Below are positions 29,615 through 39,079 of a stretch of 64,000 nucleotides of DNA, one piece after another (position 1 is the first letter of the stretch; the number at the start of each line of letters is the position of its first letter). The position numbers and the translations under genes are program-made. The notes under the pieces were generated by a model. The model searched no databases. It was not told where the DNA came from and worked only from the letters and a program-made list of their open reading frames with translations. The DNA is from Polyangia bacterium. GTDB lineage: Bacteria; Myxococcota_A; Polyangia; JAAYKL01. The stretch spans positions 224,001 to 288,000 of the forward strand of contig JBNKCR010000098.1 in the NCBI GenBank assembly GCA_050287845.1, written 5' to 3'.

Positions 29615-30322
29615 ATGAATTTCGTTAGTAGAATGAAAATATCTGTTTTGGTGTTTTTGTTTATGGCGGTATCCGGAGCGGTGGTTTGTGCCGGTGAATC
29701 TGAAACGCGGGGCGATGACGGGGATACATCAGACAACTCCGCTGCAGCGGATAAAAAAGTGGGAAACAAATCTCTGGTGATTGCCGCCAAGGTCAGAGCA
29801 GGGGGGCGATTTGACAATGTGAGAATGTGCGTGGCCTCCCCTGCGGATACAAAGGGGGGGCCGACTGCGGACATCTCTCTTTCCACAGAAATTGCACTGA
29901 GCGATACGGTCAGTCTGGAAATGGATTTGCCGGTGTTTCGGCCGATTATGTTTGGTCTCTCCTTCAAGATGCTTCAGTTTGAGCCTTCGGTAAGCCTGCG
30001 CTTTCGCAAATTCGGGAAGGGAAGCACCGATTATATTCTGGGGCCGATGCTCGGCGTCTCATTGCATTACGGACCGGACTATCACTCAGAGAACTCGGGA
30101 GATGCCAGAGGACCTTCGTTTTTTGCCATGGGCCCCATGGTAGGTGGGTATTTGGGACTGGATTTCAAACGCCCCTGTCAGAAGTACAATTTTCAGTTAG
30201 GCATTACGCCATATGTTATTCCACTGTTCGGTATTAAGGACGACGAAGATCACAAAGGCATAGTAGTTGGGGGACTTGTTGATTTTGCATTCCGATTCGG
30301 CAAACCCAACGCGGCTCAATAA
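29615..30322 (+). CDS. Hypothetical exported protein, probable beta-barrel
   Basis: N-terminal hydrophobic signal, then alternating amphipathic Gly/aromatic-rich strands ending FAFRF. Start uncertain (29582, 29615 or 29633). Confidence 0.55.
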   Translation: MNFVSRMKISVLVFLFMAVSGAVVCAGESETRGDDGDTSDNSAAADKKVGNKSLVIAAKVRAGGRFDNVRMCVASPADTKGGPTADISLSTEIALSDTVSLEMDLPVFRPIMFGLSFKMLQFEPSVSLRFRKFGKGSTDYILGPMLGVSLHYGPDYHSENSGDARGPSFFAMGPMVGGYLGLDFKRPCQKYNFQLGITPYVIPLFGIKDDEDHKGIVVGGLVDFAFRFGKPNAAQ

Positions 30323-30332
30323 TCGAACACAT

Positions 30333-33300
30333 TTACTGGCGTTTCATTTCTTTTTTGACTCGTCGTTCTTCTGTGGCGCTGTACAGAACCGGAACAACGA
30401 ACAGGGTCAGCAATACGATTGACATGCCGCCAAGGGAAGGCAACGCCATGGGAACCATGATGTCGGCGCCCTTTCCCTGAGAAGTGATTACGGGAATCAG
30501 GGCCAGCAGGGTGGTGCCGGTTGTCATCAGGCAGGGACGTACCCGCCGCATACCTGCTTCGAGTGTGAGTTTTCTCACTTCTTCAATTGACCGGGGGGTC
30601 GATTTCGAAAATCGCTGATGGAGATAGGTGGACATGATCACCCCATCGTCGGTGGCGATGCCTACCAGAGCGATAAATCCAACCCATACCGCCACCGAGA
30701 GATTTACCACATCAACCCGGAGCAGTGATCGCATGGATTCTCCAAAGACAGAAAAGTCCATGAACCATGGCTGGGCATATAGCCAGATGAGAATAAACCC
30801 GCCGGACACCGCCACCAGGACGCCGGAATAAATAATGACACTCAACACCACGCGATGAAACTGGAGATACAACAGGATGAACACCAGCGCCAGCGCAATG
30901 GGAACCAGTATCTTCAGCCGGTTTTCGCTGCGTACCTGGTTTTCGTAAGTGCCCGCAAATTTGTAGGTCACGCCTTCGGGACGGTGCAGTTCTCCGGATT
31001 TCAGTTTTTCGCTGATCAGCGCCTCCGCCTGTTCCACGGCAGTGACCTCAGCGATGTTGGGCACTTTATCGAACAGGACATATGAGGTGAGAAATGTGTC
31101 TTCAGACTTAATCATCTGCGGGCCTTTCACATATCGGATATGGGCCAGCTGGGACAGGGGAATATCCTGCCCCTGGGTGTTGGATACCGTAATGCGCTGC
31201 AGCGCCTCCACACTGTCTCTTTCTTCCCGCATGTACCGCACTCGCACGGGATAACGCTCGCGCCCCTCCACCGTTCTCGTCAGTGTTTTCCCCCCCAGCG
31301 CCACCTGCAGTACATCCTGTACATCGGTGATCAACAGGCCATACCGGCCAATGGCTTCCCGGTCGATGTCAATTTCAATGTATGGTTTGCCCACAACCCG
31401 ATCGGCGAATACGGTTTCCGGCCGCACCGCAGGCGATTTCTTCAACACCGATTCGAGGGCCAGACCAAATGCTTCGATGGATTCCAGGTTGGGGCCCTGC
31501 ACCTTGATGCCCATGGGAGCGCGCATCCCGCTCTGCAGCATTACAATTCTGGCCCCGATGGGCATGAGCACCGGAGCACTTGTGATGCCGGGACGATCGG
31601 CCGCCTTCACGATTTCATCCCATATGTCCCGGGGCGACCGAATATGATCCCGCCATTGTCGCACACGGGTGCCGTCTTTTTCAGTTCGGTATTCCGGTTT
31701 GTAGGTAATCACCGTTTCCAGCATGGAGACCGGCGCCGGATCAAGCGCACTGTCCACCCGACCCAGTTTGCCCACCACCCGATCCACTTCGGGAATCTGT
31801 GAAACGGCCATGTCCATCTCTGACATCATCTCCTCCACCGCGCCAATGGAACCGTGGGGCATGGTGGTTGGCATGTACAGATACGATCCTTCATCAAAGG
31901 GGGGCATGTACTCTCTGCCCAGACCGGGAAATGCGTGGGCTATTTTTGAAACAGCAGAATTCGTTTTTACGGATTGAGGCAGGAATCCAAACAGGGTGTT
32001 GAATCCCAATACCACAGTCAATCCAAACAGAATCAGTACCGATGGAATTGAAAGAAACAGGATTTTGTGACGCAGGAAAAAATTCAGAATGATGGAATAC
32101 AGCTTTTCGAACAGCCGATAGGCGCCCAGCACCAGTGAAATCAGCGCTCCCACGAATAACCCGTTTATGATGAGACCATTATCGGGGCCGAGGGGCATCC
32201 ACATCCATGTGAGCGCCACGGTCACACCAATCACCGCCAGATAGTTTTCAATCAGCGTCCAGATGCGGTTGAACCGTTCCGGTAGAAGCGGACGACAGAC
32301 GCGAAATACGCCGAGCATCGCCACAAATATGGCCAACGGCACGTTGACTTTCAACATTGCTCCGCCCAGCACCATCAACAGCCAGTCCCGAATATGCGCT
32401 TTTCGAAAAATGGATGCCAGAATGCGGAATACACCGTGCTTCGATGACTGGATTGCTTCCGGCTGCTTGCGAAGAACAATCTGCGCGGCACCTGGCAGGA
32501 TGATGATGGCCAGAATGAGAATGCCCGTCATGGCGAATGTTTTGGTAAACGCCAGTGGCGCGAACAATCGAAGTTCTGTGGACGATAATCCGAATACTGG
32601 AATAAAACTGACAACCGTTGTCATGACAGACGTCATCACTGCTGGCGCAACTTCAGCGGTGGCGCGCCTGATGGCGTCGGTGCGATTTCCATTCGGCGGC
32701 AGTTCATCCAGGTGCTGATTCATGTTTTCCACAAACACAATGCCAATGTCCACCATTGTCCCGATGGCAATGGCAATGCCTCCCAGTGCCATGATGTTGG
32801 CGTCCACTCCAGTGAGTTTCATCACCACGAATGCGGTGAGCACTCCCAGTGGCAGAAGTCCGGAAATGAGCAGGGAACTACGCAGATTACGCAACATGAT
32901 GAGCACCACAATCACTGTGATGAGAATCTCCATATAGAGCGCTTCAGATAGTGTATCGAGGGTTTCGTGAATCAGCGTGGTGCGATCATAGAACGGTACG
33001 ATGGTGACCTGACTCACTTCGCCATTGGTCAGCGTTTTTTTGGGCAGTCCGGGTTGGATGCGTTCAATCTGTTTTTTGACAGCGCTGATAACGGCCAACG
33101 GATTTTCCATGAACCGGGCGACAACAACTCCACCCACGGCCGGTGCCCCGGCATCGTCCAGCGCGCCACGACGCAATGCCGGACCAACAGACACATTGGC
33201 CACATCCCGCACGCGGATGGGTGTGTTGCCCCGCGACACGATGACCGCTTGTTCGAGATCTGCGGTATCCTTTACAAATCCCAGACCGCGGACCACAAAT

Positions 33301-34073
33301 TCCACCTGATTCAGTTCAATGGTACGGGCGCCCACATCCAGATTCGACCCTTTCACCGCCTTTGCCACCTGCGCGAGTGTCACACCATTTGCGCGCATGG
33401 CGTCCGGGTCCACATCCACCTGGTACTCGCGAACAAATCCGCCAACCGACGCCACTTCGGAGACACCTTTTACCCCCTGCAGCGAGAATCGCACCATCCA
33501 GTCCTGCACCGACCGCAGTTCATCCTGATCCCATCCACCCACCAGCTCGCCTTTTTCGTTGTGCCCTTCCAGGGTGTACCAGAAAATCTGTCCCAGCGCG
33601 GTAGCGTCCGGCCCCAGGGTTGGGGTAACGCCCTCCGGAGTGGTGCCGGGCGGTAGCGACGACAGTTTTTCGAGCACCCGGGATCTTGACCAGTAGAACT
33701 CAATGTCATCCTCAAAAATAACGTAGATGGTGGAAAAACCAAATGCGGACGAACTGCGAATGGTGCGCACTCCGGGAATCCCCAGCAGTGCTGTGGTCAG
33801 AGGAAATGTAATCTGATCTTCCACGTCTCTTGGAGATCGACCGCCCCATTCCGTGAATACAATCTGCTGATTTTCACCAATGTCGGGAATGGCATCCACC
33901 GGAACGGGATCGCGGTCAATTTTTCCGGTGTTCCAATCAAAGGGAGATACGTAGATGCCCGCCAGAAACAACATGGCTATCAGAATGAATACCACCAGTC
34001 GATTGTCCAGAAACCATCCGATAAGTCGTTCCCAGCCACCGACAATCGGTTTGTCTGTTGTATTGGTTTTCAA
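30333..34073 (-). CDS. cusA: CusA/CzcA heavy-metal efflux RND permease (long variant)
   Basis: DAIPDIGENQQIVFT.W.GRSP..VEDQIT.PL, LGPDATALGQ, NIMALGGIAIAIG.MVD, FDEGS.LYMP, R.RP.LMT. Confidence 0.92.
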   Translation of the reverse strand: MKTNTTDKPIVGGWERLIGWFLDNRLVVFILIAMLFLAGIYVSPFDWNTGKIDRDPVPVDAIPDIGENQQIVFTEWGGRSPRDVEDQITFPLTTALLGIPGVRTIRSSSAFGFSTIYVIFEDDIEFYWSRSRVLEKLSSLPPGTTPEGVTPTLGPDATALGQIFWYTLEGHNEKGELVGGWDQDELRSVQDWMVRFSLQGVKGVSEVASVGGFVREYQVDVDPDAMRANGVTLAQVAKAVKGSNLDVGARTIELNQVEFVVRGLGFVKDTADLEQAVIVSRGNTPIRVRDVANVSVGPALRRGALDDAGAPAVGGVVVARFMENPLAVISAVKKQIERIQPGLPKKTLTNGEVSQVTIVPFYDRTTLIHETLDTLSEALYMEILITVIVVLIMLRNLRSSLLISGLLPLGVLTAFVVMKLTGVDANIMALGGIAIAIGTMVDIGIVFVENMNQHLDELPPNGNRTDAIRRATAEVAPAVMTSVMTTVVSFIPVFGLSSTELRLFAPLAFTKTFAMTGILILAIIILPGAAQIVLRKQPEAIQSSKHGVFRILASIFRKAHIRDWLLMVLGGAMLKVNVPLAIFVAMLGVFRVCRPLLPERFNRIWTLIENYLAVIGVTVALTWMWMPLGPDNGLIINGLFVGALISLVLGAYRLFEKLYSIILNFFLRHKILFLSIPSVLILFGLTVVLGFNTLFGFLPQSVKTNSAVSKIAHAFPGLGREYMPPFDEGSYLYMPTTMPHGSIGAVEEMMSEMDMAVSQIPEVDRVVGKLGRVDSALDPAPVSMLETVITYKPEYRTEKDGTRVRQWRDHIRSPRDIWDEIVKAADRPGITSAPVLMPIGARIVMLQSGMRAPMGIKVQGPNLESIEAFGLALESVLKKSPAVRPETVFADRVVGKPYIEIDIDREAIGRYGLLITDVQDVLQVALGGKTLTRTVEGRERYPVRVRYMREERDSVEALQRITVSNTQGQDIPLSQLAHIRYVKGPQMIKSEDTFLTSYVLFDKVPNIAEVTAVEQAEALISEKLKSGELHRPEGVTYKFAGTYENQVRSENRLKILVPIALALVFILLYLQFHRVVLSVIIYSGVLVAVSGGFILIWLYAQPWFMDFSVFGESMRSLLRVDVVNLSVAVWVGFIALVGIATDDGVIMSTYLHQRFSKSTPRSIEEVRKLTLEAGMRRVRPCLMTTGTTLLALIPVITSQGKGADIMVPMALPSLGGMSIVLLTLFVVPVLYSATEERRVKKEMKRQ

Positions 34074-35965
34074 TGGTGATGTCCTCCCGCCGGGGCTGTC
34101 TGTGGTGCAGTAGCCGGTGTTTCAGATTTCGTGGTTTCTGGCAGAAGATGCGTACCGGCATCAATGGACTTCTGTATTTCCCCACAGGTGCGCATGGCGT
34201 TGCCGTAGTATGGATTGTCCACAATATCGCCGGGTTGAATCCAGTGGGCGCCCTTGCTGCCAAAGGCCATGGGGCAGAATGTCAGCTTCACCGCTGTATC
34301 CATTGGATTGCCAATACGCTCCAGCAGCGCAATGATCTGATTGCTCAAGGTTTCAAATACACCTCGCGCCTCTTCAATGCTGGCAGCCTCGGTAAAAGCA
34401 TTGGCGTGCATAACGAGGTGCTTGCGATGGGTATTCCAGAATTCTGTGGTCGCTCTGGCGCCGCTGATTTTTGTCTTTTTCGCTGCTTTGGCGAGCGCTG
34501 CACCAGCGGTTCTGGCTTTGTTAAAATCATCCGCCGCCAGTTGCTTCTGCATTTCAAGATACGCTTTCAGCACCGGTGCCAGTTTCTTCTGTTCGACAGC
34601 GGTCACCGGTAAAATCCGGTCAGCGTCCTTCTGCTGGGAATCATCCGGCTCCGTCATCATGCTCTCGCCGCCGCGAATCTGCAAATCCGCATCCAGCGTG
34701 AATGCCCCTTGGGTCACCACGCGATCGCCTTCGGACAATCCAGCTATTACCGGGTATTCGTTGCCGGTCTTCAGTCCCAGTCGAACCGTTCGGGCAGTGT
34801 ATGTGGGCCGGTCCGCCTTCACGTCTTCAACAAACACAATTGCGCGATGCCCGGTAAAAAGCGGCGCTGTTTCCGGAATCACCAGGGGCGGTTTCACGCC
34901 ATCTTTTACAGACGATTTTACGTCCGCTTCCACAAACATGCCCGGGCGCAGCTTGCCATCTTTATTTTTCACTTCCACCCGAACCCGCGCCACACGTTTG
35001 GCCGAGTCCAATGTGGGATCGATAAATGTTATCTTTCCTGTAAAAGCTTCATTGGCGAGCCCCTCCACCGCGATGTCTACATCCTGTCCAATGGAAAGCG
35101 AAGGCAAATCACTTTCGTACGCATCCAGCTGTACCCAGACGATGGATAAATTGACTACTTTGTACAGCAATGCACCTGTGGCGACATAGGCCCCCTCCGT
35201 GGCCACGCGCTCGGTCACCGTACCGCCAAATGGCGTGCGGATGGCTACTCTTGTGGTGGGCTTATCCTGCTGTTCGAGCTCTGAAAGTTCATTTTCCGGC
35301 ACCCCCAGCAGCCGCAGTCGAGTTCGTGAGGCTTCCAATGCGCGCTTCACTGCACTTTGAGCGGCCTCTGTGCTGTCCTTCATTTTCTCCACCTGCTTTT
35401 TTGCCACCAGCAAATCCTGATGTGCCGAGAACACCTCCGGGCTATAGAGGGTAGCGACGATCTGTCCCCGCCGCACTTCCTGTCCGGTCACTTTTACATG
35501 AAGGCGATCGATACGGCCCCCAGTCCAGGCCGTGACATTCTTTTCTGCGGTTTCATTTGGCTCAATGCGCCCCAGCAAGCGCAGATCCGTCGCAGCCACT
35601 GTTTGTCTGTGGACCTCAGTGGTGCCAATTTTCGCCAATACTTTTGCACGTTCTGACATCACCACCGTTCGAGGGCCGGGATCGTCGCCTTTATCGGCCA
35701 GGGGAATCAGATCCATACCGCAGATGGGACATTTCCCCGGTTCCGGTTGCTTGATTTGGGGGTGCATGGAGCATGTCCAGATGGTTCCTTTCTTTGCACC
35801 ACCGTCTGCGTGCTCATGAGAGGTGGTGTGCCCGGGCAAACCGTTCTGGCCAGTTGACAGAAACATACCCGCTGCGATGCCGATTCCCAGTGTCACAACC
35901 AGCACGAGGTACGAGCCGATTCCAGCGCGGAATTTTTCAATCGACGATTTCAAAATGCTTTTCAC
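34070..35965 (-). CDS. cusB: CusB-type RND periplasmic adaptor with heavy-metal-binding domain and C-terminal DUF3347-like domain
   Basis: WTCSMHPQI....PGKCPICGMDL, LYSPE, LRPGMFV, FCPMAF...GA.W......NPYYG..M..CG. Confidence 0.9.
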   Translation of the reverse strand: MKSILKSSIEKFRAGIGSYLVLVVTLGIGIAAGMFLSTGQNGLPGHTTSHEHADGGAKKGTIWTCSMHPQIKQPEPGKCPICGMDLIPLADKGDDPGPRTVVMSERAKVLAKIGTTEVHRQTVAATDLRLLGRIEPNETAEKNVTAWTGGRIDRLHVKVTGQEVRRGQIVATLYSPEVFSAHQDLLVAKKQVEKMKDSTEAAQSAVKRALEASRTRLRLLGVPENELSELEQQDKPTTRVAIRTPFGGTVTERVATEGAYVATGALLYKVVNLSIVWVQLDAYESDLPSLSIGQDVDIAVEGLANEAFTGKITFIDPTLDSAKRVARVRVEVKNKDGKLRPGMFVEADVKSSVKDGVKPPLVIPETAPLFTGHRAIVFVEDVKADRPTYTARTVRLGLKTGNEYPVIAGLSEGDRVVTQGAFTLDADLQIRGGESMMTEPDDSQQKDADRILPVTAVEQKKLAPVLKAYLEMQKQLAADDFNKARTAGAALAKAAKKTKISGARATTEFWNTHRKHLVMHANAFTEAASIEEARGVFETLSNQIIALLERIGNPMDTAVKLTFCPMAFGSKGAHWIQPGDIVDNPYYGNAMRTCGEIQKSIDAGTHLLPETTKSETPATAPQTAPAGGHHH

Positions 35966-37500
35966 TGTATGTCTCCTTCCTGTCTGGATGGCGAACTTTC
36001 AGTTTTTCGGGCAAGCGGTAGTGTATCTGCCGCTGATAGCGCCCCGTCTGCCTGCGCCCGGTGGCGGCCGGGGACAATCGCCGTACCAACATTTTTTTTT
36101 GTTTGGAGGTCGCGTCCCACCAGATTTTTCAACGCTGCGATTTTCGTCAAATAATCGGTCTGAACCGCGATGAGCTGCAATCGAAGTTGCAGAAGGTCCT
36201 GCTGCGCCAGCAGTGTGGACGCCACGTTGCCGCGTCCACTGGCATATGCGCCGAGTACCGATTCGTAGACACTTTCCGCCTGAGGCACCAATGTTTTCTC
36301 GTAAAGTGCCATACGGCGTTCTGCGTCCCGGATTTGTGACAGGGTCTGATAGAACGCCGCCACCGCGCGGTCGGTCGCCGCTTCACCATCCGCCATATAC
36401 GCTTTTTCCTCCGCGTGATAGGCATCCACGCTTTCCTGATAACTTCGTTGCCATAGCGGGATGGAAACACCAATTCCCGCGATCAGTGCATCCTTTCCGC
36501 TGTCCGGCGTACTCGGGTTCTGTGCATCTCCGGTTTCGATCCAGTCCACGCCAACGGTAATGTTGGGATAACGGATGGCTTTTTCTTTTTTCGCATCGAG
36601 AGCACTGGATTGCGCCAGGGCGACATAGGTCCGGAGGGATGGATGATTTTTCACCGAAGACAACAGCGCCGTTTCGTCAAAGTCATTTTCTCCCAGATTC
36701 GGGGTGGAGGTCACCGGAATGTTCATCTCCGGAGGGGCACTGATCAATCCCCGCAACAATGCTTTCTGTTGAGACAGCAGCTCATCGAGCACCGAAATCG
36801 AATCGTCCACCCGCGCCCTTGCCAAATCAATCTGCTGCTGTTCCGACAGATCTATCCGCCCAGTCATCATCATTGCATTGGCGGACTCCGACAGCCCCGA
36901 CAGCACCGCTTCATGATCTTTTTGAACTTTACGGGACTCCTGAGTCTTCCATATCTGCCAATACGTCTGTTCCACGCTGGATGAAATTGAAATGGCCATG
37001 GCGTCAAACTTTTCCTGTTGAGATCTGGCGCGGGCGGCGGCGGCATCCGCACCCGCCGAAAGGCGCGTCGGCCACGGAAACGTCTGTTTCAGACTCACCC
37101 GATGTCGCTGCGGTCCCACCCGGGTTTCGACGCGGCTGATATAATAGGCATAGCTGATGACCGGATCCGGAAGACGCCTTGCATTCGAAATCCGGTACAC
37201 GCTCGCCCGCCATCTTTCAAACTGAGCCGTCAGATCCGGACTGTTTTCCATGGCGTACGCGATGTAGCCCGCCAACGACCCATTCGGTTCATCCGTATGA
37301 TTCGGGTGTTCGTTTCGGAAGGCAATCGAAAAATGGTCGGTATGGCGAGTCAGATTTTTCCGTTCAATATTTTCGGCGGTTGTTGCGCAGGCGGACAATA
37401 CAAGAACGCAAAAAGCACAAGCGACGCCCAGAGCGAATCGGAGACGATGCGGCGGTTGCTCCTTTTGTTTTGTCCACTTCTTTGAATTACGAAATGTCAT
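35962..37500 (-). CDS. cusC: TolC/CusC family outer membrane efflux lipoprotein
   Basis: Lipobox LSAC, LPDP, QTFPWP, SIPLW, two OEP-like halves; 4-bp overlap with cusB. Confidence 0.85.
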   Translation of the reverse strand: MTFRNSKKWTKQKEQPPHRLRFALGVACAFCVLVLSACATTAENIERKNLTRHTDHFSIAFRNEHPNHTDEPNGSLAGYIAYAMENSPDLTAQFERWRASVYRISNARRLPDPVISYAYYISRVETRVGPQRHRVSLKQTFPWPTRLSAGADAAAARARSQQEKFDAMAISISSSVEQTYWQIWKTQESRKVQKDHEAVLSGLSESANAMMMTGRIDLSEQQQIDLARARVDDSISVLDELLSQQKALLRGLISAPPEMNIPVTSTPNLGENDFDETALLSSVKNHPSLRTYVALAQSSALDAKKEKAIRYPNITVGVDWIETGDAQNPSTPDSGKDALIAGIGVSIPLWQRSYQESVDAYHAEEKAYMADGEAATDRAVAAFYQTLSQIRDAERRMALYEKTLVPQAESVYESVLGAYASGRGNVASTLLAQQDLLQLRLQLIAVQTDYLTKIAALKNLVGRDLQTKKNVGTAIVPGRHRAQADGALSAADTLPLARKTESSPSRQEGDIQ

Positions 37501-37603
37501 TCATGCTCCCTTCGTTTCGCGCGGTCTTATGTTTTCAATAGTGTATGTACCATATGGACCCCTGTCGAAACGGTGATTGGTGTTCTGTGCTGATGCGGGT
37601 ATT

Positions 37604-37619
37604 AGCAAATGAGATGCCA
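37604..37619 (-). promoter_or_regulatory. sigma54 promoter of cusCBA
   Basis: Minus strand TGGCATCTCATTTGCT. Confidence 0.7.
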
Positions 37620-37706
37620 CTATCGATTTATGGCCAAACTTCACGTATTTACAGCCAAAATTCGCTGCGGGCACCCGTCTGGAACCCAGGAGCGCAAAAA
37701 CAGATT

Positions 37707-37739
37707 AACAATAGTGTGAAGCGATTTGAGACTATTGTT
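37707..37739. promoter_or_regulatory. Candidate enhancer-binding-protein site upstream of cusCBA
   Basis: Inverted repeat AACAATAGT...ACTATTGTT with core TGTGA-N7-TGAGA, centred 104 bp from the promoter's first base. Confidence 0.5.
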
Positions 37740-37768
37740 GCTTTCATTCAGCGGGGTATCTGATGTGA

Positions 37769-39079
37769 CTATAGCGTTTTCAGCCATTTCACGATTCGTT
37801 CCGATTTGATGGCAGCGGTTTCGGAGCGGATGTTCCATGTTTTGAAAAAGGAATGGGTCAATTCAGAAAATTCTGTCTGACGCCCGGGTGCGCAGTTGGT
37901 TTCAATCATGGTGAGCAAATCGGATTCATTGCGGATGTAGGAGAGCAGTCCCGCTTTTGAAACAGCGGAATCGGGAATGACGGAATCCTCCATACCGGAT
38001 GTCCACAGACTGGGCAGTGCAATTGCTGTGGGCGTTTTCTGGAGAATGCTGTCCCAGAGCACCGAACTGTACGACTGGGCCATCACAACATCAGCAGCGG
38101 CGATGGTTTCAGGAAGATTCTCCGCTGTAATCTGTGTTTGAGAATACACACCGCAGTCCATTGCAAGCTGACTGTACCAGTTTCGAACATACGCGTACTG
38201 GCCGAAGTCCTTCATTGCGGGATGCAACTTGATCAGGATTCGGATGCGGTTTTTCCATCGGGATTTCTGAATGGTATCAAACACGGTTCGCACCCATTCA
38301 ACTTCATTGGTCTGACGGCGGAACAGGGCATCCGGCACATGGGGTTCGCTCCAGCTGAGGGCGAGGGCGATACAGGCTTCATCAGGGGAAATATTCAGCA
38401 GGGTGCGGGCCTGCTGCCGATTCGGGGAAGTGCCTGCGGTTGAATTGTCGAGTGGTGTTCCCAGAGGCAACAACTGTTTCACCGAGGGTTGCAGATCCCG
38501 TTTTTGGTAGATGTCCACTTCCAGGGAATTGTCCAGTATCACATAGTTGCTGGCGAATGGTGCCATGGTTTGTTGTTTCATTCCCGGTGGGGGATAGGGC
38601 TCTATGGCAAACAGACCGTGTTCCACATGTATCGTTGGAATCCCCAGTTGCGCTGCCATATACAGAATGGGACGGGCGTGGCGAGTATAGTCGGTGCTGG
38701 TGACCACCGCATCAATTCTGGTTTCTCGGGCCATTTCAGAGAGTATCAACGCCAATTGCAACGTATCCGCCATTATTTTTCTGGTATTTTCCATTCCCGC
38801 CAAATCGTTTTCAGACGAAATTGATATACCGGGCAGACTGTTGGCGGTTTCCATGATGAAGTGCCGATACCGATTCCACTCATTTTTGAATTCCTGGAGT
38901 GCAGTAATGTCTCCCAGTCTGTTTTGAATCTTATCCGTATAAATGACATTTTCCGAAGCAAATTTCCATCTGCCACCGTCGTGAACGACTAAACCGAAAT
39001 GCTGATGGAGATGCCGGATAAACGTCTGGTGTCGGTTCGGGAAAAAAGTGTTCATCGGAAGAAACAGCCGGGATATCAT
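37769..39079 (-). CDS. GT-B-fold surface polysaccharide / nonulosonate or glycerophosphate transferase-like protein
   Basis: GIPTIHVEHG, LG.P.D, LIKLHP, AADVV....SSVLWDSI...TP, typical of capsule and CDP-glycerol transferase-like families. Confidence 0.55.
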   Translation of the reverse strand: MISRLFLPMNTFFPNRHQTFIRHLHQHFGLVVHDGGRWKFASENVIYTDKIQNRLGDITALQEFKNEWNRYRHFIMETANSLPGISISSENDLAGMENTRKIMADTLQLALILSEMARETRIDAVVTSTDYTRHARPILYMAAQLGIPTIHVEHGLFAIEPYPPPGMKQQTMAPFASNYVILDNSLEVDIYQKRDLQPSVKQLLPLGTPLDNSTAGTSPNRQQARTLLNISPDEACIALALSWSEPHVPDALFRRQTNEVEWVRTVFDTIQKSRWKNRIRILIKLHPAMKDFGQYAYVRNWYSQLAMDCGVYSQTQITAENLPETIAAADVVMAQSYSSVLWDSILQKTPTAIALPSLWTSGMEDSVIPDSAVSKAGLLSYIRNESDLLTMIETNCAPGRQTEFSELTHSFFKTWNIRSETAAIKSERIVKWLKTL

